This document shows, piece by piece, positions 1 to 7,590 of a stretch of 8,515 nt of DNA. The DNA comes from Octopus sinensis (lineage: Eukaryota): assembly GCF_006345805.1 (NCBI RefSeq), contig NW_021828409.1:1-8515 (forward strand), given 5' to 3'. Below the pieces are notes generated by a model, which was given only the letters and a program-made list of their open reading frames with translations, did no database searches and had not been told where the DNA came from. A program made the translations under genes and the position numbers. Positions within the stretch are counted from its first letter, which is position 1. Each line of letters begins with the position of its first letter.

Positions 1-343
1 CACAGAAGATCGAAGAGCTTGGTTGGGAAAATTCCTCATCACCTTATTCTCCTGACCTTGTTCCTTCAGACTACCATTTGTTTCGTAGTTTACAGAATCA
101 TTTGGGGGACATAACTTTTGCAAGCCAGGAGGAGGTCGAAACTGACATTTCAGAGTTCTTTGATTTGAAACCAAAAGAGTTTTACATTGATTGAATTAAA
201 AAGCTTGTAAATAGATGGAAGGAAGTCATAGATAATCAGGAAAAGTACATTGATGATTAAATTTCAATTTCAATTAAATATAACATTTGATCACTTGTTT
301 TCTTTATTCAAAATTCGGACAGAACTTATGGGATGACTTGATA
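1..343 (+). mobile_element. Mariner (Tc1/mariner) DNA transposon, 3' end: decayed transposase C-terminus plus right TIR; runs off the left edge of the window
   Basis: Frame from 3 reads QKIEELGWE..PYSPDLVPSDYHLFRSLQNHL...FY..*IKKLVNRWKEVIDNQEKYIDD* (final TAA 258-260). YSPDL(A)PSDYHLF is the mariner catalytic-domain signature. There is an internal TGA at 192-194 and the WE..HPPY segment is degraded, so it is non-functional. Confidence 0.93.
312..343 (+). repeat. Right terminal inverted repeat of the mariner, ending in TA
   Basis: aattcggacagaacttatgggatgacttga|TA lies ~50 bp after the transposase stop. Its reverse complement TA|TCAAGTCATCCCATAAGTTCTG has the form of a mariner terminus with a TA target. 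The left TIR is outside the window, so it cannot be compared. Confidence 0.7.
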
Positions 344-652
344 TACTAAATATCATTCACACATTGCCATGTGTGTGAATAATATCCTTAAGGTCAACAT
401 TTATTTACTCGCGACCACTTCTACGCTTTGTCCCTGATTCCCCCCTCTTTTTTTTTTTTCACCAATTTTGATGATGTTTACATTTTTAGATTGGTCACAT
501 CTGAAGCTATATTGTGAGTTACAAAAATTTGAAATTCGGTTCTGTAGAAAAAAAGTTGAGATTTCAAATAAATGAAGTCAGAACGGGGAGAATAACTCCT
601 GAAATTGACTTCAGGGATATACACGTGATGTTGCATACACAGTTTCGTAAAT

Positions 653-707
653 ACACACACACACGCACACGCACACGCACACACACACACGCACACACAC
701 ACACACA
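653..707. repeat. (CA)n / (CACACG)n microsatellite
   Basis: Directly visible. Confidence 0.97.
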
Positions 708-796
708 AGCTTTAAGGAGAGAGGAAGCTGACAAACATTGGTGGCAAGTGGACTCCTTTCTGCTGTCCATCGTAAATAAACGCTCACACAAACATA

Positions 797-820
797 TACA
801 TACATACATACATACATACA
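797..820. repeat. (TACA)n microsatellite
   Basis: Directly visible. Confidence 0.95.
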
Positions 821-834
821 TGCATATTCTCTAA

Positions 835-1348
835 TAGGTTTCAGTCCAATGACTGAAGCCATGCTGGAGCACCGCCATTGTAATCATCTTTCCAGTTTCC
901 ACCTTTGTCGGAGCGGCTTCTGGTGAAGGATGGAGTTCGATGCTACTGCCCTCTTTTGAGTTTCTTGCTTTGATATTGGCTCATCCGGGATCTCGGCGAT
1001 CCAGAGGTCAAGTTCACATTTGAAAACGTCTACATCCACTCCATGGAGGCTCCTCAGATGCTTCGGCAGACAGTTAAACAGCTGTGGACCCTTGAAACCC
1101 AAGCTATTGCAGTACATCGTCCTTGCCCGAGATGAAGCAGTCAGCACAATGGGGACAGCACAGTGATGTCCTGTTCGGGGTCTGCTATAGCTCTTTATTC
1201 CAAAGTTTGGTACCAGTCCTTCCAGTATCTTCCATATATATATATATATCACTGCATACCTCTCCCGCCTTCACTCCAGGAATAGAGTCGCAGCTCTTTC
1301 AACCTATTCCAGTAACTCAATCGTTCCATTGATGCAACTTTCTCTGTG
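835..1348 (-). mobile_element. 5'-truncated CR1/L2-group (Jockey superclade) LINE: ORF2 C-terminus and 3' tail
   Basis: The minus strand reads, across one frameshift and one stop, LSYWNRLKELRLYS/LE*RRERYAVIYIYIWKILEGLVPNFGI...NSLGFKGPQLFNCLP...VFKCELDLWIAEIPDEP...SNSILHQ. This is the typical post-RT C-terminus of these LINEs (includes track ORF 884..1252). The stop at 884-886 is followed by a stem-loop tail at 838-876. The exact clade is not resolvable without alignment. Confidence 0.85.
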
Positions 1349-1397
<49 letters not shown>

Positions 1398-1401
1398 GTA
1401 T
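1349..1401. repeat. (TA)n microsatellite at the 5' truncation point of the LINE
   Basis: Directly visible. Confidence 0.97.
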
Positions 1402-1557
1402 ATATAATTAAGGATTTAGCAACAAGTTGCTTCACCGCATACCGAAAATTAAAATAGCAGCCAAAGACGGCTAATTCCTTTTCACTACAGATATGACTCC
1501 AAAGTTAACAATTTTGTAACTCACATAGGCAAATTGTGGCTAAACCCTTAATTATAT
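1402..1557. mobile_element. MITE-like non-autonomous DNA transposon (~155 bp) with 29-bp terminal inverted repeats, set in TA-rich sequence
   Basis: 1402-1430 is atataattaaggatttagcaacaagttgc. The reverse complement of 1529-1557 is atataattaagggtttagccacaatttgc (26/29 identical). No coding capacity lies between them. The TSD is obscured by flanking TA repeats. Confidence 0.75.
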
Positions 1558-2275
1558 TTAATTATATATATATAAAAAAACAACTTGTGCCTAGAATAGA
1601 GAAGAATTAATTCGAGAAACACCTTTTACTCGCCATCGTAGCGCTATCCTGAACAGATTTTAAAGTATGCATCAACATCACGTGGAATCTTGCTAACACG
1701 ATTATGGCTGTAACTAATACCACCTCAGATGAAACTAAAAACGTCACCACCGACGAAAACAGAATTACTTCATCAGTAAGTTATTTAAGAAGACCTAAGT
1801 ATTCTTCTTATTTTAGTTCGACTCAACAACTAAACCAAGATTTACTTCGGTGCTATGAAAAAACCTGAGGTGACCCTTCAATCGGATACATGAAGTGGTT
1901 AAAACAATACTTGGACGAAACTGATCCCAACTTAAATATATTCACGGCGAAACAGCTCTGACAACAAGCATCTTTTGCGAAAAATGAATCAAGTGATTCT
2001 CGCAAGACACTGAAAGTGGGTCAGAATCTGCTAAATACGGCGTAAAAAATGATGTAAACAAATCACCGCTCTCTCCATCGTTAAATTCGAGTGTGTCTCT
2101 AAATTTAGCTCAATATGGTTCAAAAACATTCTAAAATTACAATTCGCAGAAAATTTTGCTACTTTCTCGAAGCTTTCGTTGTGGAACAGACAATTCCCAG
2201 CAAGAGTGAGAAAAAATCCGACCTCTCTAATGTTTAAGGTTAATAACGATGTCGCTGGAGAGCACATGGAATCAT

Positions 2276-2285
2276 GTGATGTTAA
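2276..2285 (+). repeat. Left copy of a 10-bp target-site duplication (gtgatgttaa); right copy at 2835-2844
   Basis: Identical 10-mers flank the SINE composite. Removing the insert plus one copy restores a continuous reading frame (ESC-DVN-DWNINTLIYTA). Confidence 0.85.
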
Positions 2286-2425
2286 CGATAAACGCCGCCC
2301 TTTTCAAGCCTAGCCAGGCTCATGGGCCCGGTTTCTGTGGCGTATGTGTTCCTTCCAGCTGGACGGGATGCCAGTCCATCGCAGCGTTACTCAAGAAACA
2401 GGAAGAGAGAGTGTGAGAGAAAGTT
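2286..2425 (-). mobile_element. SINE family B, 3' half only (different internal segment from the adjacent full copy)
   Basis: 2286-2393 is a close match to 2577-2691 (gccgcccttttcaagcctagcca...gggcccggtttc...ccagtccat.gcagc.ttactca). It then diverges into a purine-rich segment (agaaacaggaagagagagtgtgagagaaagtt) and ends at a microsatellite. Confidence 0.8.
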
Positions 2426-2429
2426 ATGT

Positions 2430-2463
<34 letters not shown>

Positions 2464-2496
2464 ATATATATACTATATATATATATATAATATATA

Positions 2497-2532
<36 letters not shown>

Positions 2533-2572
2533 AGATAGATGTATGTATATATATATATATATATATATGTAT
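2426..2572. repeat. Compound (TA)n/(TG)n microsatellite
   Basis: Directly visible. Confidence 0.97.
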
Positions 2573-2834
2573 AAAACGATAAAAGCCGCCCTTTTCAAGC
2601 CTAGCCATGTTCATGGGCCCGGTTTCCAGGTTTCTGTGGCGTATGTGTTCCTCCTAGCTGGACGGGACGCCAGTCCATTGCAGCATTACTCATTTTTGCC
2701 AGCTGAGTGGACTGGAGCAACGTGAAATGAAGTGTTTTGCTCAAGAACACAACACATCACCTGGTCCAGGAATCGAAACCACAATCTTACGATCATGATG
2801 CTGACACCCCAATCACTGAGCCACACACCTCCAC
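2573..2834 (-). mobile_element. Full-length tRNA-derived SINE (family B)
   Basis: The minus strand begins ggaggtgtgTGGCTCAGTGATTGG (Pol III A box, 2809-2823) and has GGTTTCGATTCC (B box, 2769-2780). A central tgtgttcttgagcaaaacactt...ttgctccagtccactcagctg segment resembles conserved SINE core domains, followed by a distinct 3' tail. Confidence 0.88.
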
Positions 2835-3599
2835 GTGATGTTAATGACTGGAATATTAATACTCTTATATACACAGCCGTTATTACTCTTGTAGCGGGGT
2901 TAGTGTAACAGTACTTTGATATGTTTCCTATTTGGAAATAGATAATAAATATATTTTACTTTTGAAGTAAGGATATATATATTGAAAAAAACGTCACTTA
3001 TAACTTACTTATAAGTGTTATCATTATACGTAAATCCTGACTCCAGCTACATAAATGCCATAGGGAGAAATATATCCACTGAAATGCTAACGGACATATT
3101 ATGCGTGCATGTATGTTGAAGATAAATAAATTCGTGTTCTTTTTCATAATTACAGAAATGAATTTCATTAACAAGTTGAAGAACGCGAGGAAAGAGAAAA
3201 TAATCACCACATTAGTTTATTTTGTATTTGCATTTTGCATTTTAGCATTTATAATACAATTTGAAGTAAAGTAATTTTGTCGTAGAGAATTACGACTTAA
3301 AATTTACGCTAAACTAATTTTCATACTAACTCTATAGATCTCAACAATTCAACATGTCTTGCTGGGTTTTTCATAGACATGGCATAAAAAAATAAGCAAC
3401 GTCTCAAAGGAGTGAGTGTTGTGGAGTTTAGTAACATTCCACAGAACACTAAAGTTTTCCCCAAAATCCAGGGTTTTTATAACTGCTCAACTTGACTTTA
3501 AAGAATTGAAATCACATAAAAATGTGTCTTGCAAACAACTTGCACATGCAAGTGCTACCAGTCAAAAACTCCGCATACCGGAAGCCAGCAAGTGTATAG

Positions 3600-3960
3600 G
3601 ATCATTAGGAGAGAATGCGCGCCGTTTCGGGGCCTACCTGTCGACGGCATCAATGCGCACCGCCCCCCCACCCTCACTGATATGAGGCCCCGCTTGCTAG
3701 ATCAACTTGTTATCAAATATAGCTCAATATTCTTCTAGCCATCGCTCATCGTCTCTTTTTAACCAAATCCAGTGGCTAGCCTTCTCCACTGTAGTTTGGA
3801 TATCGGTCATGGTGGTATTGACTTTACGATGAGTTATGCTTAACCATAACAACAGTCGTCTCACACTGTGTCCTACAAACCCTCTACATCCGACTTCGAT
3901 AGGAAAATGTTCCGCTTTCCAGCCTGCGTCTTCACATTCTTCGAGGAGGTTTACATAACT
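3600..3960 (-). mobile_element. 3' fragment of a HERO-like (R2 group, RLE) non-LTR retrotransposon: endonuclease C-terminus and GC-rich 3' UTR
   Basis: The C-terminal part of track ORF 3724..4215 reads YVNLLEECEDAGWKAEHFPIEVGCRGFVGHSVRRLL...VEKASHWIWLKRDDERWLEEY*. The IEVGCRGF and SxWIWxKR motifs are characteristic of HERO-type RLE C-termini. The N-terminal part of that ORF is antisense to the neighbouring element. Both boundaries are approximate. Confidence 0.8.
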
Positions 3961-3999
3961 AATTTTCAGAATTCCTATCTGAGCAGTTATTTCAACCAA

Positions 4000-4370
4000 T
4001 GGGAAGATGACAGTCATATTTCTTCGGCAATACGACATTACGTCATATTGCCAGCTACCACAAATTGGCGCTACTGTTTGAAAATGGCTGCACGCTACGC
4101 TCTTAAAGAACACATAGGAGAAATCTGCAGTGAACAGAGTAACGAAATTACTAAACGGAAACGACCCAAATGGAAAAGAAAACTTGAAGAAAACATCAAC
4201 AACGTGCGTCGCCATATTGGATGGTTAGCTATGATACAACAATAATATGTAAGGAGAAAAATGAGTTTACACCTCACCAACTCTACCTCAGACAAAAATT
4301 AATAAAACTTTATAAAACATTCGAAGATGGAACATTGCTATTGAGAGAACCGATGACTATGTTGAGAAAT
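4000..4370 (+). mobile_element. Second, distinct R4/Dong-like ORF fragment (copy 2)
   Basis: Track ORFs 3868..4245 (second half) and 4221..4406 give NWRYCLKMAARYALKEHIG...KRPKWKRKLEENINNVRRHIGWL / ICKEKNEFTPHQLYLRQKLIKLY. PxWxxxLxxxIxxxRxxIxxL is the conserved pre-RT motif of R4-clade proteins. It is frameshifted near 4245 and truncated. Confidence 0.65.
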
Positions 4371-4484
4371 AGGGATGTGATCCACAGAGGACCAGCTTCA
4401 TTTTGATGTATGATACATGTTCATGTGTTGGTAATTATACCTGTCCTAAACAAAATGGCATCACTTTTTGACTCACCTTCGTAA

Positions 4485-4930
4485 TCTATATATAAAAGTG
4501 AGAATGTGTGTGTGTGTGTGTGTCTGTCTCTTTGTCTATGTGAATCTCTAAAATTTGGGAACTACAAAACCAATTTCATTCAAATTTTACACATGCCTTA
4601 CATAGGGTCCGGGGAGTATCATGGGCAAAAACATTTTTAACCTCTTGCCTAGGGCGAGCCCATAGCAATATCATATCCTCTCCACTATTTCAGTATTACG
4701 TGTTAAAAGTGAAACAAAAACATCTCTCTATTGTAATGTCAGATACTTTCACCTTAATACTGAAACTATTAAAGTCAAACTATTATATAAGAAGGATGAA
4801 CCATTAACAGTGGACATCCATTTTGCTAGAAGAAGATCCGCTATGGTCTTATATGCTACATCACTGGTTTTCAATTCATATTAATCAAATTAATATTCGA
4901 TTTCTCACCCTTATTATTTAAAATTTAACT
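4485..4930 (+). mobile_element. 5' portion of a non-autonomous Helitron (no own 3' terminator visible)
   Basis: A|TCTATATATAAAAGTGAGAA, then a (TG)n/GTCT tract (4505-4540), then aaccaatttcattcaaattttacac. This is the 5'-TC end after an A plus sub-terminal microsatellite typical of animal non-autonomous Helitrons. The sequence breaks off at the inverted SINE head at 4935. Confidence 0.7.
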
Positions 4931-4934
4931 TTAG

Positions 4935-4994
4935 ACCCAGGAGCATGTGTTTTGGAACGAAGTTTGTTACCACAGAGCCACCCTTGCACCTATG
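4935..4994 (-). repeat. Inverted duplicate of the SINE A head at 5181-5241
   Basis: About 60-bp arms with 6 mismatches, including a perfect 29-bp match (4946-4974 vs 5202-5230). Confidence 0.9.
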
Positions 4995-5180
4995 TGCGTG
5001 TGTGTGTGTATAGCTGTATATGCATACATTATTTCTATACATATAGATTATATGTATACATGTATATGTGTAGATGTATATATATTTATATATATATAGA
5101 TGTACATGTAATATGTACACATATATATTCATATATATACATGCATACATATATACACCCATACACACATACACACACAT
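4995..5180. repeat. Degenerate TG/TA/CA microsatellite spacer between the inverted arms
   Basis: Directly visible; TG-rich on the left and CA-rich on the right. Confidence 0.9.
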
Positions 5181-5184
5181 ACAT

Positions 5185-5500
5185 AGGTGCAGATGTGGCT
5201 GTGTGGTAACAAACTTCGTTCCAAAACACACGGTCCTGGGTTCAGTCTCACTATGTGGTGACTTGGCATGTGTCTTCTGCTACAGCCTCAGACCAACCAA
5301 AGCCTTGTCAGTGAATTTTGTAGACAGAAACTGAAAGAAATCAATCGTATATGTTTGTATATATGTAAGTCTGTGTATGTGTCTTTGTGTTTCTCCCTCA
5401 TCACTGCTTCACAACTGGTGTTCGTGTATTTACACCCCCATAACTTACTGGTTTCACAAGAAGAAACAGATAGAATAAGTAACAGGCTTATCAAAATAAA
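5185..5500 (+). mobile_element. tRNA-derived SINE family A, diverged, lacking the final tail
   Basis: A box TGGCTGTGTGG at 5196-5206 and B-box-like GGGTTCAGTCT at 5238-5248. The body aligns with the reverse complement of 8400-8515 (aaagccttgt.agtg.attt.gtagac.gaaact.aaagaa). The distal part aligns with the reverse complement of 7950-8060 (gatagaataagta...gctta.caaa). Confidence 0.85.
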
Positions 5501-5871
5501 AAAAACCCACTAGGCAGTATCTCATATTTTTGTTTGCACACACAATTTATCTTTGTGTGTGTGTGTGTGTGTGTGTGTACACACAAACACACACATATAT
5601 ATAAGGATTTCGTAGACAGAAACTTAAAGAAATCAATCGTATATATATGTACGTATATATTTAAGTGTATGTCTGTGACTTTGTTTCTGTGTTTCACCCT
5701 CATCACTGCTTTACAACTGCTGTTCGTATATTTACAACCCCATAACTTACTGGTTTCACAAGAAGAAACTAATAGAATAAGTACTAGGCTTATCAACATA
5801 AAAAAAGCACTACGCTGTGTCTCATATTTTTGTTTGCCCACTCAGTTGTATCAATCAATTTATCTTTGTGT
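5313..5871 (+). repeat. Local tandem duplication, two copies of ~250 bp (5313-5558 and 5605-5871), period ~292-300 bp
   Basis: Both copies contain the SINE A distal body and the same non-SINE flank (ctcatatttttgtttgc at 5521 and 5821; caatttatctttgtgt at 5543 and 5856). Confidence 0.9.
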
Positions 5872-5933
5872 ATATATATATATATATAATACACACACAC
5901 GCACACACACACACACACATACACACACGCACA

Positions 5934-5978
<45 letters not shown>

Positions 5979-5985
5979 CAAGTAT
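5872..5985. repeat. (TA)n/(CA)n compound microsatellite
   Basis: Directly visible. Confidence 0.97.
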
Positions 5986-6249
5986 GTATATGTGTACATT
6001 CATATTTATTATATCAAAGACAATGTCTTTATGTGTTCGTGTATTACTTATACATTCGAAAACTGCTGCACCGATCATAATGAAATTTGGAACACAAAAT
6101 CGAAGCCTAGGGAGAAGGGTAATGCTGTGTGTTTCATACAATTTCATGGACCACAATTTCTGAATTTATCCTTATGATATTTGAATCTTAGATTCAATGC
6201 ATAAGGGTGGGTATAATGCATTATGTTTGGTTTGAATTTTAGATGGCTT

Positions 6250-7550
6250 AAAGGGGAAGAACCCCCCATGAAAATTCATAAATTTTCGATGTTGATGAAG
6301 TTTCAACCATGGGTAATTGACAAACATCAAGAAGTATTCTCAAAGTTTCCACTTCACATGTGGATTCTAAGACACCCTAATGGGGGCCTTAACTCCCAAA
6401 TTTTAGTCATTTCTTTTATGATCCAAAAAAGTACTGAATGGATCTTTACAAAATTTGGAAATTATATTCTATGCATAAGGGCCATAACCCTCATGACAAT
6501 TCATATATTTTTGCTGTTGATGAAATTTTAACCATAGATATTAAGTACAAATGAAGTAATATTTATAAAATTTCATCTTACAAGTTAGAAAGACCCCTTC
6601 ATGGGGACTTAACACCCACAATTTTGTCATTTTATTTAAGCAAAAACGAATGTAGTTGTGCTCTTGGAAGCTGTGGGGTCATCCGAGCATAGAAAATGAG
6701 CATTATTTGCAATTCAGTGGTACAGCAGTGTAAGAGCTTGCTTTGACATACACTTAGATTGTGATTTCTGCAATGTGGTGCATAAATTGTCAAGTAAATG
6801 AGAGGCATCTTTGCCCCCACTGATTCAGTTGCAAAGTGTTGAGTAAAGTCTTTTTATTATCACTGGGTCACACATAGTCCCCACGTGGTAACATTGATTT
6901 CAAGGCCTTCCCAGATGAGTGACTGGTTATTCAAAGACATTTATAGATTGTAAATTTATTCTGTCCGGTTACGTATCAGTATAGTGGTCATTTGCAAACT
7001 CCAGAGCTAACACTTTCATTTCTCCTTAGCCCTCACGTCACAGTTGTTAATGTTGATTTCAGTTGGGTCACGCCCTTCCAATTGCTATTGATTCGTAATG
7101 CATCTGACGGCTGTGCCTGTCACCTGGTTGGTGAGGAATCCTACATTGGGGGTGGTAACGACTAGGGTAGGGTAGCTGACTGCTTATTGTGATCTTTTGG
7201 TTTCCTGTAGCTTTGCTCTCTTTTACAAACCCACTGAACATATATTTCCTATTTCCAAGAAACTCAAACAATAGATATAAGACCCAAGTTTAAAAGATTC
7301 TCAATAATTCAACTTCTCTGGTTGACATTAAGACACCCACCCCCAATAGGGGCCTTAATTCTCATATTTTAGAGCTCCATGACCTCCATTTTTCAGGAAC
7401 AAAATCCTTTTAACAGGTTCTATCAGACTGGAATTTTGGAATATGCGCATAAAAATTGTTAGTATGGGATACATGTGGCACGATTGCAATTTTGTTTGGG
7501 TGTGTAAAGAGGGAAATAACTCTCATCTGCAATTTTGATGAAATTCGAAT
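6250..7550 (+). repeat. Three diverged copies (~6260-6420, ~6485-6640, ~7225-7375) and one partial copy (~7505-7555) of an internal repeat unit
   Basis: Recurring blocks: ttgatgaa(g/a)ttt.aaccat; aagacaccctaatgggggccttaactcccaaattttag / aagaccccttcatggggacttaacacccacaattttg / aagacacccacccccaataggggccttaattctcatattttag. Confidence 0.75.
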
Positions 7551-7590
7551 CATGAAAATATAACAGAAAAGTCTAATTCTTCAATTGAAT

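Larger units (their letters stand above)
1704..2895 (+). mobile_element. Decayed N-terminal ORF region of an R4/Dong-like RLE non-LTR retrotransposon (copy 1), interrupted by a SINE composite at 2286-2834
   Basis: From ATG 1704: ...LNQDLLRCYEKT*GDPSIGYMKWLKQYLDETDPNLNIFTAKQL*QQA (stops 1866-1868, 1959-1961), resembling the Myb-like N-terminal domain of R4-clade ORFs. After a frameshift: ILKLQFAENFATFSKLSLWNRQFPARVRKNP...AGEHMESCD. After the insertion it resumes DVNDWNINTLIYTAVITL (2837-2890). No RT domain is present. Confidence 0.68.

Noticed and set aside
513-526. 14-nt inverted match tgtgagttacaaaa to the MITE interior (1512-1525)
   Set aside because: A single 14-mer match is expected by chance in 8.5 kb of AT-rich DNA and does not extend.
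360-650. Unassigned segment with small hairpins (e.g. cctgaa-attgac-ttcagg at 598-615)
   Set aside because: It may be a DNA-transposon remnant, but I find no terminus, TSD or coding signal to support a call.
478-862. Track ORFs rich in CV/HT/YI repeats (also 2387-2725, 4914-5334, 5491-6156, 8004-8222)
   Set aside because: They are translations of (CA)n/(TG)n/(TA)n microsatellites, which lack stops in several frames; there is no sign of real proteins.
3240-3560. Several short hairpins (3279-3296, 3513-3526, 3538-3553)
   Set aside because: Stems of 5-7 bp in AT-rich sequence are unremarkable. They could be distal HERO 3' UTR, but there is no support.
3612-3695. Hammerhead or HDV-like ribozyme in the HERO-like 3' UTR (GUC, GAAAC, 7-bp P1-like stem, CGAA)
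   Set aside because: No CUGANGA/UUGANAA lies in the required position for a hammerhead. Only 8 nt separate the would-be P2 and P1 strands, and P1.1/P4 are absent, so the HDV fold cannot form. Kept only as a pseudoknot candidate.
3724-4245. Overlapping antisense gene pair (163-aa minus ORF and 125-aa plus ORF)
   Set aside because: Each ORF is a chimera: one half is genuine TE coding sequence and the other half is the antisense of the neighbouring element.
1704-4370. Idea that both R4-like fragments are one element split by 1.7 kb of nested insertions
   Set aside because: Copy 1 resumes right after the TSD at 2835 with DWNINTLIYTAVITL, the same region that copy 2 encodes, so they overlap in homology and are separate.
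6223-6531. 102-aa plus ORF
   Set aside because: It lies across the Helitron internal repeat units and has no recognisable domain; likely incidental.
6960-7140. Faint resemblance of minus-strand frames to an APE endonuclease segment (NWKGV...RNES...LEFAND)
   Set aside because: It needs frameshifts and an unexplained 11-residue insert and shows no catalytic motif, so it is too weak to call. No Helitron Rep/PIF1 motifs were found either.
6250-7400. CRISPR-like repeat-spacer array
   Set aside because: The units are long, diverged and irregularly spaced, there are no cas genes, and the context is eukaryotic.
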